A DNA stretch of 36,193 nt from a virus. Both the position numbers and the translations under genes were made by a program. The notes under the pieces are model-generated. The model was not told where the DNA came from and ran no database searches. It worked only from the letters and a program-made list of their open reading frames with translations. Positions 33,045 to 36,193 of the stretch are shown here, piece after piece. The stretch lies in UHGV virus genome UHGV-0199352; one strand, written 5' to 3'. Every line of letters begins with the position of its first letter. Position 1 is the stretch's first letter.

Positions 33045-33090
33045 CCTTGTTATAACAGTAATAGAAAAAATTATTACCGTTATAACAAGG
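33045..33090. repeat. Long near-perfect hairpin CCTTGTTATAACAGTAATAG-AAAAAA-TTATTACCGTTATAACAAGG.
   Basis: ~19-bp stem with a 6-nt loop, inside the 500-bp non-coding gap between the tRNA and the HNH gene. Confidence 0.4.
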
Positions 33091-33161
33091 ATAAAAATGG
33101 GATATTTTAATTTTCCGAATTCTGCAAATTATGGCATCAAATAAAATGCGTTGTAACAAGC

Positions 33162-33473
33162 ATGGGAAAGTTTTACGAAAGCCGAAAGTGGAAAAAGAAA
33201 AGAGAACACATCCTAAGACGTGACAGCTATCAGTGCCAAGAGTCGAAGAGGTACGGCAAGTATGCGGAAGCTACGACAGTACACCATATCTATCCCCTGG
33301 AAGAGTATCCAGAGCTTGCACTTGTGGACTGGAATCTTATCAGCATGTCCACTGCACAACATGACAGGATGCACGACAGGAAGACAGGTAAGGTCACAGC
33401 TGCTGGATTGTACTGGCAGAGAAAAAGAAGAAGGGAGTTTGAAGCATGGAAAAAATCAAGATGTATGCAGTGA
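33162..33473 (+). CDS. HNH endonuclease (terminase-associated type).
   Basis: 103 aa. Motifs CQESKRYG...VHHIYP...N...H. Position immediately upstream of the terminase genes. Confidence 0.8.
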   Translation: MGKFYESRKWKKKREHILRRDSYQCQESKRYGKYAEATTVHHIYPLEEYPELALVDWNLISMSTAQHDRMHDRKTGKVTAAGLYWQRKRRREFEAWKKSRCMQ

Positions 33474-33745
33474 AGTGGAGAGGTAAAGCAAGCGAGTGTG
33501 AATATGAAGTTATGAATACGTTAGATAAGATAGGGCAAGTGTGCGTAGACGTACATGATGATGACATATTTACAAGCTACAGCATAGATGTAGATAAAGC
33601 ATTCCAAACCGAAGAAATAGAAATGAAAATAATCACGATGAATAAAGAAACAGCAAAGAGCATGGTAGAATGGTTCAAAGATAAAGTTGGAATGGAAATG
33701 AAAATGGAAGAGATTGAGGTATCCCCCCTCCCTTTTGAGGATTAA
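33446..33745 (+). CDS. Hypothetical acidic protein.
   Basis: 99 aa, between the HNH and small terminase genes. Confidence 0.35.
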   Translation: MEKIKMYAVKWRGKASECEYEVMNTLDKIGQVCVDVHDDDIFTSYSIDVDKAFQTEEIEMKIITMNKETAKSMVEWFKDKVGMEMKMEEIEVSPLPFED

Positions 33746-33836
33746 AAATGTCGCCGGAGAATCGGGAGAGAGGACTCTTTCCAATAGCGCGGGATTCTGA
33801 AAATAAATTTTCCGGCAGATAGGGAGGTGAGAATAG

Positions 33837-34199
33837 GTGGCAAGATACATACCGCAAAGGCAAACAATTATTGACAGAACAGTTAAATACATGAAAGAGC
33901 TCGGAACCTACAAAGTGCAGTACAAACAGGTCATTGAGATCTATGCAGATATGATTTACCAGTACAATGTGCTGAGCAAACAGTTCGAAGAATCTGGATA
34001 CGAAGTGATTCTGGATACAGAGAAAAGTGGGGGTAAAAAAAGCCCTATTCTCGTGAGTCTTGAAAACCTCCGAAAAGATATCGGGACATATTCTGACAGA
34101 CTGATGCTAAATGCAAAAACGTACAATGCGGAGATTGAACAGCCGAAAAAAGAGAAATCTGCATTTGCATTATTACTGGAAAAACAGAAGGGGAAGTAA
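33837..34199 (+). CDS. terS: Terminase small subunit (P27-family-like).
   Basis: GTG start after GGGAGGTGA. 120 aa directly before the large terminase. SGGKKSPILVSLENLRKDIGTYSDRLMLN resembles P27-family small terminase subunits. Confidence 0.55.
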   Translation: MARYIPQRQTIIDRTVKYMKELGTYKVQYKQVIEIYADMIYQYNVLSKQFEESGYEVILDTEKSGGKKSPILVSLENLRKDIGTYSDRLMLNAKTYNAEIEQPKKEKSAFALLLEKQKGK

Positions 34200-35984
34200 A
34201 TGGACTTATCCCACATTAACAGTCCGCATTTCGATACGGCTGTTCGCTATGCGGAGGATATTGCAAATAAAAGGATGCTTGCAAATGAGGATCGAGTTCT
34301 TGCGTGCAGAAGATTTCTGTCAGATCTCGAAAGAGATGATCTGGATTTCCGCAGCGATCAATTTGATTTTGTGATCGATTTGATTGAGGGGACTATCCAC
34401 CATGTACAGGGCGAGGATAAGAACGGAGTGAGTTTTAAAGGAACTCCGATGTTATTGACTGACTGGCAGAAATTTGTATGTGTGAACCTGTTTGGATTCT
34501 TTCGGAAAGGAACAGATATTAGGCGTTTCAACGAAGCGCTTATTTTTTTACCAAGAAAACAGGGAAAAACATCCTTCAGTGCTGCGCTTGCTGAAGCAAA
34601 GAGTATTCTGGACAGAGGTTCTGGTGCGAAGACATACATTGTGGCGAACTCGGTGAAGCAAACTATGGAAAGTTTTGGATTCCTGGTTGATAATGCGGAA
34701 GAATTAAAAGGCGATGTGAGGAAATTGCGGATCCGTGATAATAATCAGGAGCATTCCATTAGCATTGATTTTGGCGATGGAACAGCAGAAATGTATGCAA
34801 TCGCAAACCAAGAAGATAAATTGGATTCTTTAAACTGTAACTGTCTGATTCTTGATGAGTTGCATTCTTGGAAAAGAGCCGGCGCAAAAAAATACATCTT
34901 GATGAAAAATGCCATGAAAGCATATAGAAACAAACTGTTGATCGGTATTTCTACGGCGGGTGATATTCCGGACGGATTCCTTGCGAACAGAATCAAAACA
35001 TTACATGAAGTTTTAAACGGGACAATTACAGATAAGGCGTATGACTCCTATTTTATTTTTATTTGCAAAGCAGATCAGGATAAAGAGGGAAATGTTCTGA
35101 ATAGCAAAGGAGAAATCACGACACTGGATGATCCGGAAGTACTACAGATGTGTACGCCGTCCATTGGAGTTACTGTTACAGTAGATGAGCTGATGGATGA
35201 TGCAGCGCAGGCAATGAATGAACCACAGCTAAGAGCAGAATATTTGAATAAAACTCTGAATATCTTTACGAACGCTTTAAATGCATACTTTGACATTAAC
35301 GAGTTTAGATCATCCGATGATGAATATAGCTGGACATTGGAAGAGCTGGCGAAGCTCCCAATCACATGGTACGGAGGTGCTGACTTGTCAAAGCTTCACG
35401 ATCTAACAGCCGGAGCAATTTATGGAACATATAAAGACGTGGATATCTGCATTACACACGCTTTTTTCCCAAGGGCAGCAGCAATTAAAAAAGCGGATGA
35501 AGATGGTATCCCGCTGTTTGGTTGGGAAGAGGATGGATGGCTGACGATGAGTAATACAGCAACGGTGCTTCCCGATGACATTGTAAACTGGTTTATCTCC
35601 ATGAAAAAGATGGGATTCAAAATCAAAATTGTTGGATTCGACAAGAAGTTTGGACGTGAATTTTTCTTAAAAATGAAAAAATCTGGATTTAAGATTCAAG
35701 ATCAGCCACAGTATTTTTACGTGAAGTCTGAGGGATTCCGGCACATTGAAGTGAAAGTGAAGAATAAGAAATTTTACTATCTGCATTCGGATGCCTTTGA
35801 ATATTGCGTACAGAATGTAAGGGCAATTGAGAAAGTGGATGACATGATCCAGTACGAAAAGGTAGACGGAGACGGCGGTGTAAGACGAATTGACTTATTC
35901 GATGCCGGCGTCTTTTCGTGTTGCCAGATGTTGGCGGACATGGCGCTTGGAAATGTAGCGAATAAATGGTTAAAGAGAGAGTAG
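34200..35984 (+). CDS. terL: Terminase large subunit.
   Basis: 594 aa. ATPase-like N-terminus and nuclease-like C-terminus. Canonical position before the portal. Confidence 0.9.
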   Translation: MDLSHINSPHFDTAVRYAEDIANKRMLANEDRVLACRRFLSDLERDDLDFRSDQFDFVIDLIEGTIHHVQGEDKNGVSFKGTPMLLTDWQKFVCVNLFGFFRKGTDIRRFNEALIFLPRKQGKTSFSAALAEAKSILDRGSGAKTYIVANSVKQTMESFGFLVDNAEELKGDVRKLRIRDNNQEHSISIDFGDGTAEMYAIANQEDKLDSLNCNCLILDELHSWKRAGAKKYILMKNAMKAYRNKLLIGISTAGDIPDGFLANRIKTLHEVLNGTITDKAYDSYFIFICKADQDKEGNVLNSKGEITTLDDPEVLQMCTPSIGVTVTVDELMDDAAQAMNEPQLRAEYLNKTLNIFTNALNAYFDINEFRSSDDEYSWTLEELAKLPITWYGGADLSKLHDLTAGAIYGTYKDVDICITHAFFPRAAAIKKADEDGIPLFGWEEDGWLTMSNTATVLPDDIVNWFISMKKMGFKIKIVGFDKKFGREFFLKMKKSGFKIQDQPQYFYVKSEGFRHIEVKVKNKKFYYLHSDAFEYCVQNVRAIEKVDDMIQYEKVDGDGGVRRIDLFDAGVFSCCQMLADMALGNVANKWLKRE

Positions 35985-35998
35985 GGGGAAGAATGGGC

Positions 35999-36184
35999 AT
36001 GAAAACAGAATGCGAAATCCTTTATTTATGCGATGGGAAAAGATGCGAGAAATGTAGTGGAGATTGCAAACATACGACTGATATATCTCATGCTAAAAAT
36101 AAGGATGATTTTATTGACAGAAAATATACTTGCCTTGGAAGAGCTGAAAACGGGAGACTGATTTTTGCAGAAGACGAAGAATAG
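35999..36184 (+). CDS. Small Cys-rich protein (~61 aa) between the terminase and portal genes.
   Basis: GGGGGAAG sits 7 nt before ATG 35999. Cys residues at C..C....C..C...C. It is followed by AGGAGG, the apparent RBS for the portal at position 1. Confidence 0.3.
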   Translation: MKTECEILYLCDGKRCEKCSGDCKHTTDISHAKNKDDFIDRKYTCLGRAENGRLIFAEDEE

Positions 36185-36193
36185 GAGGCTAAA

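Noticed and set aside
32668-33159. 163-aa - strand ORF filling the tRNA-HNH gap.
   Set aside because: Composition is non-protein-like (C/Y/F/I/N-rich, many Cys). The region is dominated by long inverted repeats and is better explained as a structured non-coding element.
33746-33836. Short imperfect inverted repeats (CCGGAGAATC...GATTCT...CCGG) between the 99-aa ORF and terS as the cos site.
   Set aside because: The repeats are weak and discontinuous. Kept only as an alternative location for the packaging site. The stronger structures lie at 32661-33160.

Overview
The window reads as a complete, compact temperate siphovirus genome of about 36.2 kb from a low-GC Firmicute. There is no sign of a CRISPR array, transposon, or rRNA.

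Gene order:
- 1-16654, + strand: portal, HK97-type prohead protease, major capsid, connector and adaptor proteins, major tail protein, tail chaperone with the classic -1 G/T frameshift, tape measure carrying an SLT lytic transglycosylase domain, Dit, a very long collagen-repeat tail fibre, and a lysis cassette of an XhlA-like protein, a holin and an Amidase_3 endolysin.
- 16655-16934: putative attP region with 21-bp direct repeats and terminators.
- 16935-18089, - strand: tyrosine integrase.
- 18135-21100: markedly AT-rich island with a promoter/terminator-bounded sRNA-like unit, a standalone SIR2-family (ThsA-like NADase) gene that is a candidate anti-phage defence moron, a cI-like XRE repressor, and a divergent cro-like gene with three TTCGAA-type operators.
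- 21089-32417: early region of small ORFs including a duplicated bidirectional promoter module, an HTH protein, a pC194-family HUH rolling-circle Rep with a putative nick site upstream, a degenerate RNase H-like protein, a PcfJ-like protein, an SSB-like tandem OB-fold protein and a sigma-region-4-like late regulator.
- 32587-32660: a tRNA with anticodon UAU.
- 32661-33160: heavily structured non-coding region.
- 33162-36184: HNH endonuclease, small terminase, large terminase and a tiny Cys-rich ORF.

The window ends with a ribosome-binding site positioned for the portal ATG at position 1. The sequence therefore behaves like a circular or circularly permuted phage genome rather than a host-flanked prophage.

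Most notable observation: major capsid and major tail genes both end in the same GGGGGAATAG motif. Each is followed by a covarying hairpin and a -1-frame ORF encoding the same Lys-rich peptide. This is a candidate programmed frameshift that would add a shared C-terminal tag to both proteins.

All homology calls are made from motifs recalled from memory, not from searches.
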